A stretch of 64,000 nt of DNA from Bdellovibrionales bacterium (GTDB taxonomy: Bacteria > Bdellovibrionota > Bdellovibrionia > Bdellovibrionales > UBA1609): assembly GCA_016714165.1 (NCBI GenBank), contig JADJNU010000001.1, positions 1,411,536 to 1,475,535 on the forward strand, read 5' to 3'. Positions 28,225 through 38,623 of this stretch are shown piece after piece. A program made the translations under genes and the position numbers. Within the stretch, counting starts at the first letter, position 1, and each line of letters starts with the position of its first letter. The notes beneath the pieces were generated by a model. That model had not been told where the DNA came from, did not search any database, and saw nothing but the letters and a program-made list of their open reading frames with translations.

Positions 28225-29604
28225 ATGAAAATTGGAAAACGGGTTCTCATCACCGGAGCCACTGGATTAGTCGGAGTCGAGCTTTCCAAGGCCTTGATTG
28301 CCGCGGGATATGATTTGGTTATTCTTGGACGGCGACAGGAAATGGAATTTAGGCAGTCCTTTACTCTGCCTTGCGAATACCATGTTTGGAACGATTCCTC
28401 TCTCACTTTACCTCCCAAGGAAGCACTCAATGTTGATTACGCCATCAACTTGATGGGCGAATCCATAGCCAAAGGACGGTGGACAAAATCACAAATGAAG
28501 CGAATTTGGGATTCAAGAGTCCCTTCAACGAAAAATCTCGTGACTGCACTCAACCAGCACACACCTCATCTATCAGCTTTCATCTCGGCTTCTGCGATTG
28601 GCTTTTATGGCGATCGGGGCGACGAAATCTTGTCAGAAAGCACTGGGCCTGCAGATGATTTTATGGCCCGCCTTTGCGTCGATTGGGAGGCGGCTTCAAG
28701 AAAAATTCAATCTCGTTGCGTTCAAATTCGCATTGGTCTCGTGTTGTCCAATAGGGGCGGAGCTTTGGCCCAATTGGCTCCCCTATTTGAGAATAATCTG
28801 GGAACAACAATCTCTGACGGGCAACATTGGCTCAGTTGGATTCACATCGACGATCTCGTAAATATTATTCTCTTCGCTTTAATAAATGAAGAAGCGAGAG
28901 GACCAATCAACGCTGTAAGTCCCAATCCTGTGACCAACGCAGAATTCACGAAAGAGCTTGCGCGTGCCTTAAAGACAAAGGCCCTTTTTAAAGCACCCTC
29001 ATTTGCCCTTAAATTGGTTCTTGGTGAAATGGCCAAAGTCATACTTAGCAGTCAGAAGCTAACACCATCAGTCCTTACGAGCTTTGGATTCACGTTTGAA
29101 TTTCCAGAAATCGCCGATGCACTCCAAAATTTGTACAGCTGGAAGCGTTCAAGGCATGATCGTTTGTTTCAGGCAGAACAATGGGTCCCAAAGTCCAGGG
29201 AGTTTGTCTTTGGTTTTTTTGCGGACGAGAGAAATCTGGAAGAATTGACTCCAGACTTCTTGGATTTTCATATTGTCGGAAAAACAACTGAGCAAATTTC
29301 AGAAGGAACTCAAATCGAATACAGGTTAAAAATACACGGAGTTTCAACTCGGTGGAAAGCCCAAATCACCTCTTGGCGTTTTGGGGAAGAGTTCAAGGAT
29401 ATCCAGATTGTGGGCCCATATAAGGTCTGGGAGCACAGGCATATGTTTTTTGATTTAGCCGGGGGCACTCTATTGAAAGATCAGGTTGTGTATCAGCTTC
29501 CGTTGGCGAAGATTGGCGGAAATATTTTAGGACCCCTCATAGCGCGAGATATTGTGAGAATATTTGAGTTTAGGAAGTTAAAAATAATTGAAAGTTTCAG
29601 ATAG
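28225..29604 (+). CDS. fusion of TIGR01777/YfcH-type NAD-dependent epimerase-family protein (with DUF1731-like end) and C-terminal SRPBCC (polyketide cyclase/Bet v1-like) ligand-binding domain
   Basis: Rossmann LITGATGLVGVELSKALIAAGYDLVILGRR; ~150-aa C-terminal extension with beta-rich START/SRPBCC-like pattern. Confidence 0.65.
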   Translation: MKIGKRVLITGATGLVGVELSKALIAAGYDLVILGRRQEMEFRQSFTLPCEYHVWNDSSLTLPPKEALNVDYAINLMGESIAKGRWTKSQMKRIWDSRVPSTKNLVTALNQHTPHLSAFISASAIGFYGDRGDEILSESTGPADDFMARLCVDWEAASRKIQSRCVQIRIGLVLSNRGGALAQLAPLFENNLGTTISDGQHWLSWIHIDDLVNIILFALINEEARGPINAVSPNPVTNAEFTKELARALKTKALFKAPSFALKLVLGEMAKVILSSQKLTPSVLTSFGFTFEFPEIADALQNLYSWKRSRHDRLFQAEQWVPKSREFVFGFFADERNLEELTPDFLDFHIVGKTTEQISEGTQIEYRLKIHGVSTRWKAQITSWRFGEEFKDIQIVGPYKVWEHRHMFFDLAGGTLLKDQVVYQLPLAKIGGNILGPLIARDIVRIFEFRKLKIIESFR

Positions 29605-29725
29605 GTTTGATAGTTCAGATTCTGACCCGGACATTTCCGGCGTCTGTTCCCAAAAAAAATCGAATGGTGTGGCGAACTTCACTTTTTTGGAGACGAATGC
29701 CCACTAGGTTTGAGATACTCCTGCC

Positions 29726-30817
29726 ATGAGCTCCGCCGACCAATTGTTTACCTTACTGTCGTTGTTTCTTTCCGCAGTTTTGATTCTGGTCCTTACTGCC
29801 GTACTGATCGGATCAAAGGTCCCACGGCTTTCCACAACTCTTTTGCTCTCGCTCATTTGCTGCCGATTCCTTTCCCAGCTTTCGATCACTATGTATGTGA
29901 ATGAACCTCTTATTCTTCTGTGGCCAAGTCTTTATCGATCAGCCTATCCATTTGAATTGTCTTCCCCACCATTACTTTATCTTTATGTTTGCTCGCTAAC
30001 TAAAAGTGCTTTTCGATTGAAGGACATTCATTGGTATCATGGCATTCCATTTCTCATCGGTTTGGCTTGGTACTTATTTGGCACTCTTATTCCACTTCAA
30101 TTATCTCTTGATAAGTATCTCAGATACTTTGTCGGATTTATCCTGATGATTCCCTATTTGTGGAATACGAGGCAACTGATCACTGAAGTCAAAAATCAAG
30201 CAAAAAATCAAAGATCCAGTCTTGTTGAATTGCATTTACCATGGCTATATTTTTTGCTGAACGTCTGCTATCTCTCAACATTGCTCACTTTTTTTGATCT
30301 CTTGACGGGACCAGATATTCAACTCTGGATATACGGCGGAGGAATAACCAATCTCGCCCTTTTGGGTCTCACATACTATGGGCTTAAAGCCTCAGACTTT
30401 TTCGAGCTTGATGTCAAACCACCTCCTCACGACACTACTCAACTTAATTTAGAGGAGTTGACGTCACTGAGCTCAGCTCTGCTTAAGCTCTTAAAGGAAA
30501 ACCATCTTTATCTCACGCCGCAGATTCGACTGGCCGATATCGCCTCCAGAATGGGAATAAAAAGCTACAAACTGTCTCAAGTGATCAATCAAGGGTTGAA
30601 TACCAATTTCTATGACCTCATCAATGGCATGCGCATTGAGCATGCATTGCGTTTGATGCATGATCCAACGAATGACCATTTAAATCTACTCGGAATTTCC
30701 ATGGATTGCGGATTTAATTCCAAATCGGTTTTTAATGACTATTTTAGGCGAAAAACGGGAATTACCCCTTCCAAATTTCGTCAGCTGAGGTCAAATTTGC
30801 CTGAATCCTTGAGTTAA
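29726..30817 (+). CDS. membrane-integrated AraC-family transcriptional regulator (polytopic N-domain + C-terminal AraC HTH)
   Basis: Multiple predicted TM helices in first ~230 aa; C-terminal HTH LADIASRMGIKSYKLSQVINQ...GFNSKSVFNDYFRRKTGITPSKFR. Confidence 0.75.
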   Translation: MSSADQLFTLLSLFLSAVLILVLTAVLIGSKVPRLSTTLLLSLICCRFLSQLSITMYVNEPLILLWPSLYRSAYPFELSSPPLLYLYVCSLTKSAFRLKDIHWYHGIPFLIGLAWYLFGTLIPLQLSLDKYLRYFVGFILMIPYLWNTRQLITEVKNQAKNQRSSLVELHLPWLYFLLNVCYLSTLLTFFDLLTGPDIQLWIYGGGITNLALLGLTYYGLKASDFFELDVKPPPHDTTQLNLEELTSLSSALLKLLKENHLYLTPQIRLADIASRMGIKSYKLSQVINQGLNTNFYDLINGMRIEHALRLMHDPTNDHLNLLGISMDCGFNSKSVFNDYFRRKTGITPSKFRQLRSNLPESLS

Positions 30818-30888
30818 GGCGACCGGACTGCCCAATACCGACGACTGCTACGAAAAAATTCATATACTGCCTTCACTAGGAGGCTAAT

Positions 30889-31270
30889 GTGAAGACAGAA
30901 ACTCAACACAAAATTCTACTGGTGGATGATGATCATCTGTTTTGTGAGATGGCTTCAGACCTGATTTTCCATTTTATTGGAGCCAGAGTGAGAGTGGCCC
31001 ACAATGGAGCTGAAGCAGAGGACATCGTCAAAGATTGGTGCGCAGACGTAGTTATCACCGATACCAACATGCCAATTAAAAATGGAGTAGAACTCATTCG
31101 ACAGGTACATTCAAATTACCCCAAATTGTGATATTTTCATTCTTTAACGGACTTAATGGCTCGTCAATCACCGCCAAAGATATCGAAGCACTTGGAGCCT
31201 TTATGGTTTTGAGTAAGTTCGAACTCTGCTCGCGATTACTGCCAGCACTGAAGCAAATTATTGACCTATA
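30889..31270 (+). pseudogene. degenerate CheY-like single-domain response regulator: intact first 80 codons, then in-frame TGA (31129-31131), further stop/frameshift
   Basis: KILLVDDDHLF...VVITDTNMPIKNGVELIRQVHSNYPKL stop; read-through continues receiver-like YFHSLTDLMARQ...; next frame gives FELCSRLLPALKQIIDL resembling receiver alpha5. Confidence 0.45.
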
Positions 31271-31308
31271 AAACAGATCTCATCACAACGAAACTTTCTC
31301 GCCTCCTA

Positions 31309-31590
31309 CTATTTTGATTCGTCTGGAGTATTTGTCACGCTATGTGTGACGTCGCGGATGTGCTGGGCACCGAAGGATTGACTGTCACTTTGCTCCCTCG
31401 ATAATTGCCTCCTTGATTTTACGACTCTCCATCCCGCAATGAACGCTGGCAAGAGAATCCACCAGTATCCACGAATTGCCAGAACGAGAAATTGAATCAA
31501 TCGAAGAATAAGAGGAAAAAATCGAACGGAAATAAAAACAACCAAAGCCAATATCGCATATCGATAAATTCCGCTCCCTAGAGATTTCAT
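31309..31590 (-). CDS. small two-TM membrane protein co-transcribed with SPFH protein
   Basis: 4-nt start/stop overlap with upstream SPFH gene; two hydrophobic helices. Confidence 0.45.
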   Translation of the reverse strand: MKSLGSGIYRYAILALVVFISVRFFPLILRLIQFLVLAIRGYWWILLPAFIAGWRVVKSRRQLSREQSDSQSFGAQHIRDVTHSVTNTPDESK

Positions 31591-32414
31591 CTGGATTTAA
31601 GCCCTTCTACAGGAAGTAAAATATTGGCCCCACTGCCCCCACCAACAACAAGAGGAGAAATTCCGTTCCATTTCTCAACGATCTGCAGTTGAACAAGCCC
31701 CGGATTTTCTTGGACGGCGCGCCCGCGAACCCGAATTGCCTCCGCCTCACCTTTTGCACGAATAACCGCCGTCTGAGCTTCAATCTCCGTCTTTACTTGA
31801 GTAAACTTCGCCTTTGCTGCCTCTTGCTCCTGAACCATTTTTGCTTCAATTGCCGTCTCAAGTTCTTTAGAAAGCGCCACATTCTGGATAACCACGTCCT
31901 CTATGACCAGGAGATCTCCCACTTTCTTTCGAGCGCCTTCAAGAGTTCTGGCCTTAATCTCCTCTCGCTTCTTCACAATCTGCTCGGCACTCTGCAAGGC
32001 GGTCACTTCCTTGAGCGCTTCGCTCACTCGAGGCGATATCAAACTATCGAAAGGATCGCCGTAGTAGTCACGAAAGACAGTCACTACCCCATTCTCAGGA
32101 ATACGATAGAGAATCCTCAACTCGACATTGATCTGCTGAAGGTCAGATGAGTAGCATTCCGACTTCGCACTCACCGATTGCTGACGCACAGAAACCGGCA
32201 TGACTGTCGTGACAAATGGAAGTTTAAATCCAAACCCCTCTGGAGCAAACACGGGAGAAACCTTTCCCATGGTAATCAGAATCCCTCGATGCCCCGGAGG
32301 AATGATAAATGTTCCGCTGATCATCAAAACAATCAGAACAACCAGAATAACAACAAGTTTAAATGAACCCAAATTGCCCTTTATGTTTCGATAGAACTCT
32401 TCTGCTGGATCCAT
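31587..32414 (-). CDS. SPFH/band 7 (prohibitin/HflC-like) domain protein
   Basis: N-terminal TM then SPFH core and coiled-coil region typical of HflK/C-stomatin family. Confidence 0.8.
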   Translation of the reverse strand: MDPAEEFYRNIKGNLGSFKLVVILVVLIVLMISGTFIIPPGHRGILITMGKVSPVFAPEGFGFKLPFVTTVMPVSVRQQSVSAKSECYSSDLQQINVELRILYRIPENGVVTVFRDYYGDPFDSLISPRVSEALKEVTALQSAEQIVKKREEIKARTLEGARKKVGDLLVIEDVVIQNVALSKELETAIEAKMVQEQEAAKAKFTQVKTEIEAQTAVIRAKGEAEAIRVRGRAVQENPGLVQLQIVEKWNGISPLVVGGGSGANILLPVEGLKSR

Positions 32415-32577
32415 GAAATTCCTCCGCTAATCAGTTGAAATGCATTCATAGACCATACTACAACGAAGAGGCAACAAGTTCTCTCTGATTGCTCATTCCT
32501 TCCAGGTTTTACTTACGTCACTGTCTATTTCAGTGTTTATAGTACCGGTTATTTTACTGGTTATTTTACTGTTCATC

Positions 32578-34170
32578 TCACTGTTTATGAATTCGATCTT
32601 CGTAGGCCGCCAGTGCCGTTTTGGCTCCCTCTCCCATGGCAATGATAATTTGCTTGTAGGGAGTTGTCGTCACATCTCCGGCAGCATAGATTCCAGGTAC
32701 CGAAGTGCGACCCTTGCCATCTACGATCACTTCACCAAATTTGCTCAATTCTACCACATCTTTTAAAAACGCACTGTTCGGAACCAAGCCAATCTGAATA
32801 AAAATGCCATCAAGATCAATTTTCATCATCTCGTCTGATTTTCTATCCAAATATTCCATCGAATGCACTTTTTGGCCATCTCCCAAAATTTGATGGGACT
32901 TGGCATTGGTTATCACAGATACGTTAGGAAGGGATTTTAATTTTTCGATCAAAATATTGTCTGCTTTTAACTGGTCCATGTACTCTACCAATACGACTTC
33001 GCGCACGATTCCTGCAAGATCAATTGCAGCTTCAACTCCTGAATTACCCCCTCCGATAACAGCAACCTTTTTGCCCTTATAGAAGGGGCCGTCACAGTGA
33101 GGACAGAAAGCAACTCCTCGCCCAAGGTATTCTCGCTCTCCTGGTATGCCGAGCTCTCGCCATTTTGCCCCGGTCGCAACTATCACCGAATCACTTGAGA
33201 GAGTCTCGCCACTCTCTAATTGGATTTCCCTTTTCTCATTACTTTTAAGACCTCGAATTTTTCTATTCTCGAAAACTTGGATGGGATAAGAGGCCACATG
33301 TTGATTTAAATTTGCGGCCAATTGGGGACCTTCCGTATACGGAATCGATATGAGATTTTCAATCCCTTTGGTTTCCTGGACCTGACCGCCAAATTTGTCT
33401 GCTATTAAAGCTGTTTTAAGACCTTTTCGCACACTGTAAATGGCCGCGGAAACTCCCGCCGGACCTCCTCCGATCACAGTCATATCAAAGTGACCCAAAT
33501 CCAAGTCGACGGACTCCTCTGCCGCCTCACTTATTCCAAATTCCTTCTCAAGTTTGGTTAACAAATCCAAAAGGCCAATTCTGCCTGAATGAATCAGTTT
33601 TCCATTGGATACAAGACTCGGAACTCCCTGAATGCCAATCGCATCGATCTCATCTTGAGCATAGGCACCATCTATGATTTCGTGACGAAAGTTCCCATGC
33701 AGCAGAGACATTTGATTGAGCGCCTGCACCACATCGGGACAATTTTCGCATGTCAGAGAAATATAGGACTTGATTGAAATAGGTCCCTTCAGTTTCTTAA
33801 TTCGCTTGATCAAGATTGAATCTGGAAATTTCCCTTTCCCGTCGGCATTTAATATGGCCAGAACGAGAGTGCTGAACTCGTGACCGCCGGGAATCCCCCT
33901 AAAAGAAATTCCCGTGCGGTTTCCCTTATATGCCAGATGAAACTGTGGAACTCTGGACTGTCGTCCATCAGAGGGGACGCTTAGCTGAGACGAGACATTT
34001 GAACTGGTCGCAGCAACCCCATCCAGTAACTCAATCAATTGAGCCTGATCCTGATGAGAACTTGGCTCATACATGAGTTCCACCGATCCCTCAAGATCTG
34101 AAAAAAGGGATTTCAACTGCTCATTCAACTGGGTCTCTAACATAAGCGCCTCCTTCTCAGGCTCACTCAA
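32578..34170 (-). CDS. ahpF: alkyl hydroperoxide reductase subunit F
   Basis: Redox CPHC motif, FAD/NAD GxGxxG motifs (VIGGGPAG, VIGGGNSG), N-terminal thioredoxin-like CxxC; adjacent to ahpC. Confidence 0.9.
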   Translation of the reverse strand: MSEPEKEALMLETQLNEQLKSLFSDLEGSVELMYEPSSHQDQAQLIELLDGVAATSSNVSSQLSVPSDGRQSRVPQFHLAYKGNRTGISFRGIPGGHEFSTLVLAILNADGKGKFPDSILIKRIKKLKGPISIKSYISLTCENCPDVVQALNQMSLLHGNFRHEIIDGAYAQDEIDAIGIQGVPSLVSNGKLIHSGRIGLLDLLTKLEKEFGISEAAEESVDLDLGHFDMTVIGGGPAGVSAAIYSVRKGLKTALIADKFGGQVQETKGIENLISIPYTEGPQLAANLNQHVASYPIQVFENRKIRGLKSNEKREIQLESGETLSSDSVIVATGAKWRELGIPGEREYLGRGVAFCPHCDGPFYKGKKVAVIGGGNSGVEAAIDLAGIVREVVLVEYMDQLKADNILIEKLKSLPNVSVITNAKSHQILGDGQKVHSMEYLDRKSDEMMKIDLDGIFIQIGLVPNSAFLKDVVELSKFGEVIVDGKGRTSVPGIYAAGDVTTTPYKQIIIAMGEGAKTALAAYEDRIHKQ

Positions 34171-34210
34171 ACACCATTTGTCGTCATCTGTTCCAATTTT
34201 TCGAATCTAT

Positions 34211-34777
34211 TTAGATTTTTCCAACGAGATTTAAGCCAGGCTTTAACGTTTTATCTCCGGGCTGCCACTTTGCTGGACAAACTTCGCCAGGATGACTTGC
34301 AACATACAAGGCCGCTCGAGTTTTTCTGACCAACTCATCAGCATTTCGACCGATACCGTTGTCTTGGACTTCCGCAAGCTTAATGTTTCCGTCTGGATCT
34401 ACGAGAAATGTCCCACGATAGGCCAAACCAGCTTCTTCAATGTGCACGCCAAAGGCACGTGAAAGGTGACCTGTCGGATCAGCTAACATAGGGTATTTGA
34501 TCTTTTTGATCGTTTCCGAAGCATCGTGCCAGGCCTTGTGAACAAAATGCGTATCAGTGCTGACCGAATAGACTTCTACACCCATCTCTTTTAATTGGCT
34601 GTATTTGTCAGCTAAATCGCCCAATTCGGTCGGACACACAAAAGTGAAATCAGCTGGGTAGAAAAAAAATATCGACCACTTACCAGTGAGATCAGCTTTG
34701 CTCACTGTTTTAAAACTATCATTGTGATAGGCTTGGACTGTGAAATCCGGAATTTTTGTATTGATTAGTGTGTTCAT
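34211..34777 (-). CDS. ahpC: peroxiredoxin AhpC
   Basis: FTFVCPTE peroxidatic Cys motif and C-terminal resolving Cys (EVCPAKW); start at ATG 34777 with AGAGGAG RBS. Confidence 0.9.
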   Translation of the reverse strand: MNTLINTKIPDFTVQAYHNDSFKTVSKADLTGKWSIFFFYPADFTFVCPTELGDLADKYSQLKEMGVEVYSVSTDTHFVHKAWHDASETIKKIKYPMLADPTGHLSRAFGVHIEEAGLAYRGTFLVDPDGNIKLAEVQDNGIGRNADELVRKTRAALYVASHPGEVCPAKWQPGDKTLKPGLNLVGKI

Positions 34778-34858
34778 ATTATCTCCTCTTTTGTCGTTTG
34801 TGGGCTCTGCACCCGATTTCATCTTTTTTCACAGTAAGCCAAAATCATGTGATTTGTA

Positions 34859-34891
34859 AAATCGATAAAATATATTTATTGATCGATTTTA
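34859..34891. promoter_or_regulatory. perfect 9-bp inverted repeat AAAATCGAT-N15-ATCGATTTT in oxyR/ahpC divergent intergenic region; candidate operator
   Basis: Direct reading aaaatcgataaaatatatttattgatcgatttt followed by further atcgatcg. Confidence 0.3.
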
Positions 34892-34940
34892 TCGATCGTG
34901 TTAAAAAAAGGGAAATAGAGGCTCCAAATAATTCTAGAAC

Positions 34941-35930
34941 GTGCCAAATTGTCACAAGGAGTTATTCATCAAGTCAAAACTCAACTTTTCTTTGACGCAG
35001 CTCGAATATGTTCTTGCAGTTCATAGACTTGGACACTTTGGAAAAGCGGCAGAGGCTTGCCATGTCACTCAATCAACTCTCAGCATGCAAATTCAAAAGC
35101 TGGAGGAAGAGTTTGGGGTTGGCTTATTTGACAGAAGTTTAAAGCCATGTCTCCTCACTGAATCTGGAGAAAAACTCATTGAACAAATACAAACTGTTCT
35201 TTTTGAAGCAAGAAAGATCGTGGATTTAATCGGCTCGAGCCAAGCAGGTGCAACGAAGGGAAGCCTCAGTATTGGAATTATACCAACGGTGGCACCCTAT
35301 CTTTTGCCACGTCTGTTGCCAACATTGGAAAAAAATTTTCCACATCTGGAGCTGCAAATTTCAGAGATGCAAACTCACCGCATAATCGAAGAGTTGGAAC
35401 GCGACAGTCTCGACGTTGGCTTGCTCGCAACTCCCCTTGAAATATCAAAAATTCACGAGCAAATACTCTATTACGAGCCATTTTATGTCCTTTGTGGAAA
35501 TAGCCACGAACTTAGTCAACGAAAACGAATCCGACAGGCAGAACTGAAGCTAAAAGATATCTGGTTACTCGCAGAGGGACACTGTTTGCGCAATCAAATT
35601 TTAGATGTCTGCACAATTAAGCAAGAAAGGGGATTCCGAATGAAGTACCGATTTGAAAGTGGAAGTCTTGAAACCCTGAAGCAATTGGTCGACTCCTATG
35701 GAGGATATACTTTGCTCCCCTTTCTCGCAACAGAATCAATTGGGCAAAATTCTCGAGTTATCCCCTTTGAACGCCCCATTCCTGCACGGGAAATCGGACT
35801 TGTCTATCGGCGGCAACACTACAAGACAAGCCTCATCGGATCCCTTACCAAAGGGATCTCTGATTGCCTTCCTTCCGATTTGAGAAAAATGCGTCAGAAG
35901 GATTTAGATGTCTTGCCCGTCGATCAGTAG
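34941..35930 (+). CDS. oxyR: LysR-family regulator, OxyR-like (divergent from ahpCF)
   Basis: LysR HTH LTQLEYVLAVHRLGHFGKAAEACHVTQSTLSMQIQKLEEEFG; classic divergent arrangement with ahpCF; true start uncertain. Confidence 0.7.
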   Translation: MPNCHKELFIKSKLNFSLTQLEYVLAVHRLGHFGKAAEACHVTQSTLSMQIQKLEEEFGVGLFDRSLKPCLLTESGEKLIEQIQTVLFEARKIVDLIGSSQAGATKGSLSIGIIPTVAPYLLPRLLPTLEKNFPHLELQISEMQTHRIIEELERDSLDVGLLATPLEISKIHEQILYYEPFYVLCGNSHELSQRKRIRQAELKLKDIWLLAEGHCLRNQILDVCTIKQERGFRMKYRFESGSLETLKQLVDSYGGYTLLPFLATESIGQNSRVIPFERPIPAREIGLVYRRQHYKTSLIGSLTKGISDCLPSDLRKMRQKDLDVLPVDQ

Positions 35931-35970
35931 GTAAATTGACGTAATCAATCACAGAAACTTTTCCCAGAAA

Positions 35971-36909
35971 TCAATTGCACTGACTAAGAGTGACCGACGA
36001 CACCGAAGCATCTGTATCCGTAAAATTCGCCTCTCCACAGGTTGTGGTGAAAGACAAACTCACCGTGCCACTCCGGCTACCCTCCAAGGTCGAAGACACC
36101 GACCCCGAGGTTGGATAACAGCAAGTTGAGGCCCTCCAAGTAACTGTGGTAAATGTGTGGGTCGCCTTATATTCGGCAAGGTTGTGATAATGAACACTTG
36201 TTCCAGAAACAACTCGATTGCCACCGCTCCTCGTCCCGGTAACTGTTAAACCAGATGACGTCAATGTGTGATTAAACCACGTACGCCCTCTTGGACCTAC
36301 GAGAACCTTGTGAAGGCCATTGATGACCACAGTGCGAGTTCCACCACTATTTGAAATCGTGATTCCCGTGCCGGGAATAGAGGTGCCGTCATAGGTCGTG
36401 TGGGCGACTGTATCTGTAGTTAAAGTCGCTCCTGATGCAAAGGTCAAAACCTGACCTGAAGGTGATGTGCGAGTGACCGAGGTCCCGTTGGTCAAAGCAG
36501 TTGGCTGACTGCCATCACTGCAGAATCCTGCTGACCAAGCTTCGCTCCAGCCACCTGTGAGTGTCACAGTCCCAATTGTGCAGCCACCCCAAGAGATAGT
36601 GCTAACATTGCTGGAGCAAGTGCTTCTTGCCGCAGAAAATGTGCACGCGGACAATGGTCTCAACGCATCCTGAGGGTCAAGAAAATCCATCAATTGAAAA
36701 TCGGTCGATAGTCCCTCTCCTGAAGTAAAGGAGGGAGAACTGGCACCTTCGGAGGCGGTCGATTGTTGTCCCGCCTCTGCCATCGCCGATTCAGAAATAT
36801 TGGAGATCGCTTCGGCCCCGTCCGACGAGTCCGCCTCGTCCTTGGTACAGGAGAAGAGTGCAGTAATCATAAGCAAACAAGTAACTGCTCGAACAGAAGT
36901 TCTCACCAT
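35971..36909 (-). CDS. Ser/Thr/Gly-rich secreted lipoprotein, hypothetical
   Basis: Lipobox LFSC after signal; low-complexity T/S/G-rich beta-strand-like sequence. Confidence 0.5.
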   Translation of the reverse strand: MVRTSVRAVTCLLMITALFSCTKDEADSSDGAEAISNISESAMAEAGQQSTASEGASSPSFTSGEGLSTDFQLMDFLDPQDALRPLSACTFSAARSTCSSNVSTISWGGCTIGTVTLTGGWSEAWSAGFCSDGSQPTALTNGTSVTRTSPSGQVLTFASGATLTTDTVAHTTYDGTSIPGTGITISNSGGTRTVVINGLHKVLVGPRGRTWFNHTLTSSGLTVTGTRSGGNRVVSGTSVHYHNLAEYKATHTFTTVTWRASTCCYPTSGSVSSTLEGSRSGTVSLSFTTTCGEANFTDTDASVSSVTLSQCN

Positions 36910-37177
36910 CTAAAAATCCTCACCGATTTATTAAAATTGTATAGGAATTATCTTCTGATCACTTTTGCGCATTCGCAAATTATTTTTGAAATTCAAGGCC
37001 TAAGGAGAGCTGAGCACTTGACTCTTTGAGAGCTGACATCCTTGGCTCTTGTTGACCACCTGGACTTTTGAAGACCACCCAGAACCCAGACCTTTCTTGA
37101 GTTCGGCTACCCCGAGAGGCCAACGAGAAAAATCTGAAATGTGGGAAAAGCGAGTGAGGTTCTTGGTTAAAATCTGA

Positions 37178-38494
37178 TCACAAACAACGAGGGTCTTTAT
37201 CGTAAACTTCGATCTCGCCGAATTGCAAATAAATGCCGCCCCCGCTGTCTGGTGACAATTCAATTGGGTTGATGAGAATACCAAAATAGCCGGATGTTCC
37301 AGCATAGCTCAGAGTGACTGGAGCACTTCCAGCGGGTTGAGTCGTATAAATGCCGAGTCTTTGCCAATTGTTAAATGTGTTATCCAGAGCACCGTAGATT
37401 TCATAACGAGCGGGAAAGCAATTTGGCTGCGTTCCATTTAAGCGGGGATATAATTTGACTGACTTCAAGTTTTTGGCTGCAGAAAATCGCGACTGAATCT
37501 GAAAGGCTCCTGGATTTGATCTCTCTGTCCTTGCCGAACTATACGCAGAATTGGGATTATTGTCGACGAGATTGCTAACTGGCCAACCAGCCAATACACT
37601 GTTAGCGATTGTATTGGAGGCGCCGAACTTGATCCCGGTGGCAACACAGTCCGTGACCGTGAGCTTAGCCGCACGACTAGATACACTTCCGACATTATTT
37701 TGAACAAGGACGCTATAAATGCCGGACATCGCTGGCGTCGCCCCGTACACCCTCAGTGTCGGTCCGGTTTCGTTTGCTATAGGAGCTCCCTGATAGTACC
37801 ACTGATAAGTTGGGGCTGGATTTGCGGATACAGTGACCGCAAATGTGGCCGTCTGATTGGTATTGACAGTAACGTCACTTGGCTCTTGAGTCAGAATGGG
37901 CTGAAAGAAATTTGTCGCTGGGACGACACTCACAGCAATGGGGTTTGACAATTTTATCCCGCCGTACCCATCGGATATCGCTACGTGATAACTACCAGCT
38001 AAGCCAGGGTCAGTCGATGAAATACTCAATCCTGAATTTGTCTGCTGCGCAATTGACTGGGAATCTTTGTACCATTGATAGGTCAGCTGGTAGCCCTGAG
38101 CCAATACAGAGATCGTCAAGGGGCTCCCTTCTACAACTTGGATCGATGCTGGGCTCTGGGAAACTATTTTGATTTCCGAAGGACAAGGCGGATTGGTGCC
38201 TTTTCCACATACAGAAGACTGATCATTGCTTCCCCCTTTGAGGGAAGCATCCAAGGGTTTCGCACAAGAAAGGACAAACAATGACAATGACCCGATCGGA
38301 ACAGCCATCGCAAGGGCTATCAATCGAATCAGACCAAGAATGAATTGAGTTGTTAAATTGGAGTGCAGACCCATTCCTTTCGTACTTTCCGTTGTGTTTG
38401 GCCTTGAGATTCTCAAAATATCCAATGCTTCAAGTTTGCCAAAACAAAATACCCTGCCTTCCAATGAGCAAATTTGGGCCCATTCAGAGCTCAT
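37178..38494 (-). CDS. secreted protein with tandem Ig-like domains and C-terminal discoidin (F5/8 type C)-like domain
   Basis: Signal/lipoprotein-like N-terminus; repeated YQWYKD/YQWYYQG Ig-like modules; C-terminal galactose-binding-like segment ending ...IYLQFGEIEVY. Confidence 0.5.
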   Translation of the reverse strand: MSSEWAQICSLEGRVFCFGKLEALDILRISRPNTTESTKGMGLHSNLTTQFILGLIRLIALAMAVPIGSLSLFVLSCAKPLDASLKGGSNDQSSVCGKGTNPPCPSEIKIVSQSPASIQVVEGSPLTISVLAQGYQLTYQWYKDSQSIAQQTNSGLSISSTDPGLAGSYHVAISDGYGGIKLSNPIAVSVVPATNFFQPILTQEPSDVTVNTNQTATFAVTVSANPAPTYQWYYQGAPIANETGPTLRVYGATPAMSGIYSVLVQNNVGSVSSRAAKLTVTDCVATGIKFGASNTIANSVLAGWPVSNLVDNNPNSAYSSARTERSNPGAFQIQSRFSAAKNLKSVKLYPRLNGTQPNCFPARYEIYGALDNTFNNWQRLGIYTTQPAGSAPVTLSYAGTSGYFGILINPIELSPDSGGGIYLQFGEIEVYDKDPRCL

Positions 38495-38623
38495 ATTAAA
38501 TCATTGATTTTACGGGAGAAGGTAACCTCAACCGAGGCTGCCAATCGACGACAACCTAGCAAGCTGTTCAGGATTTTGACTCTTTTCGAGAATAACTTTG
38601 TTTCTAAATGAGACATATCATCC

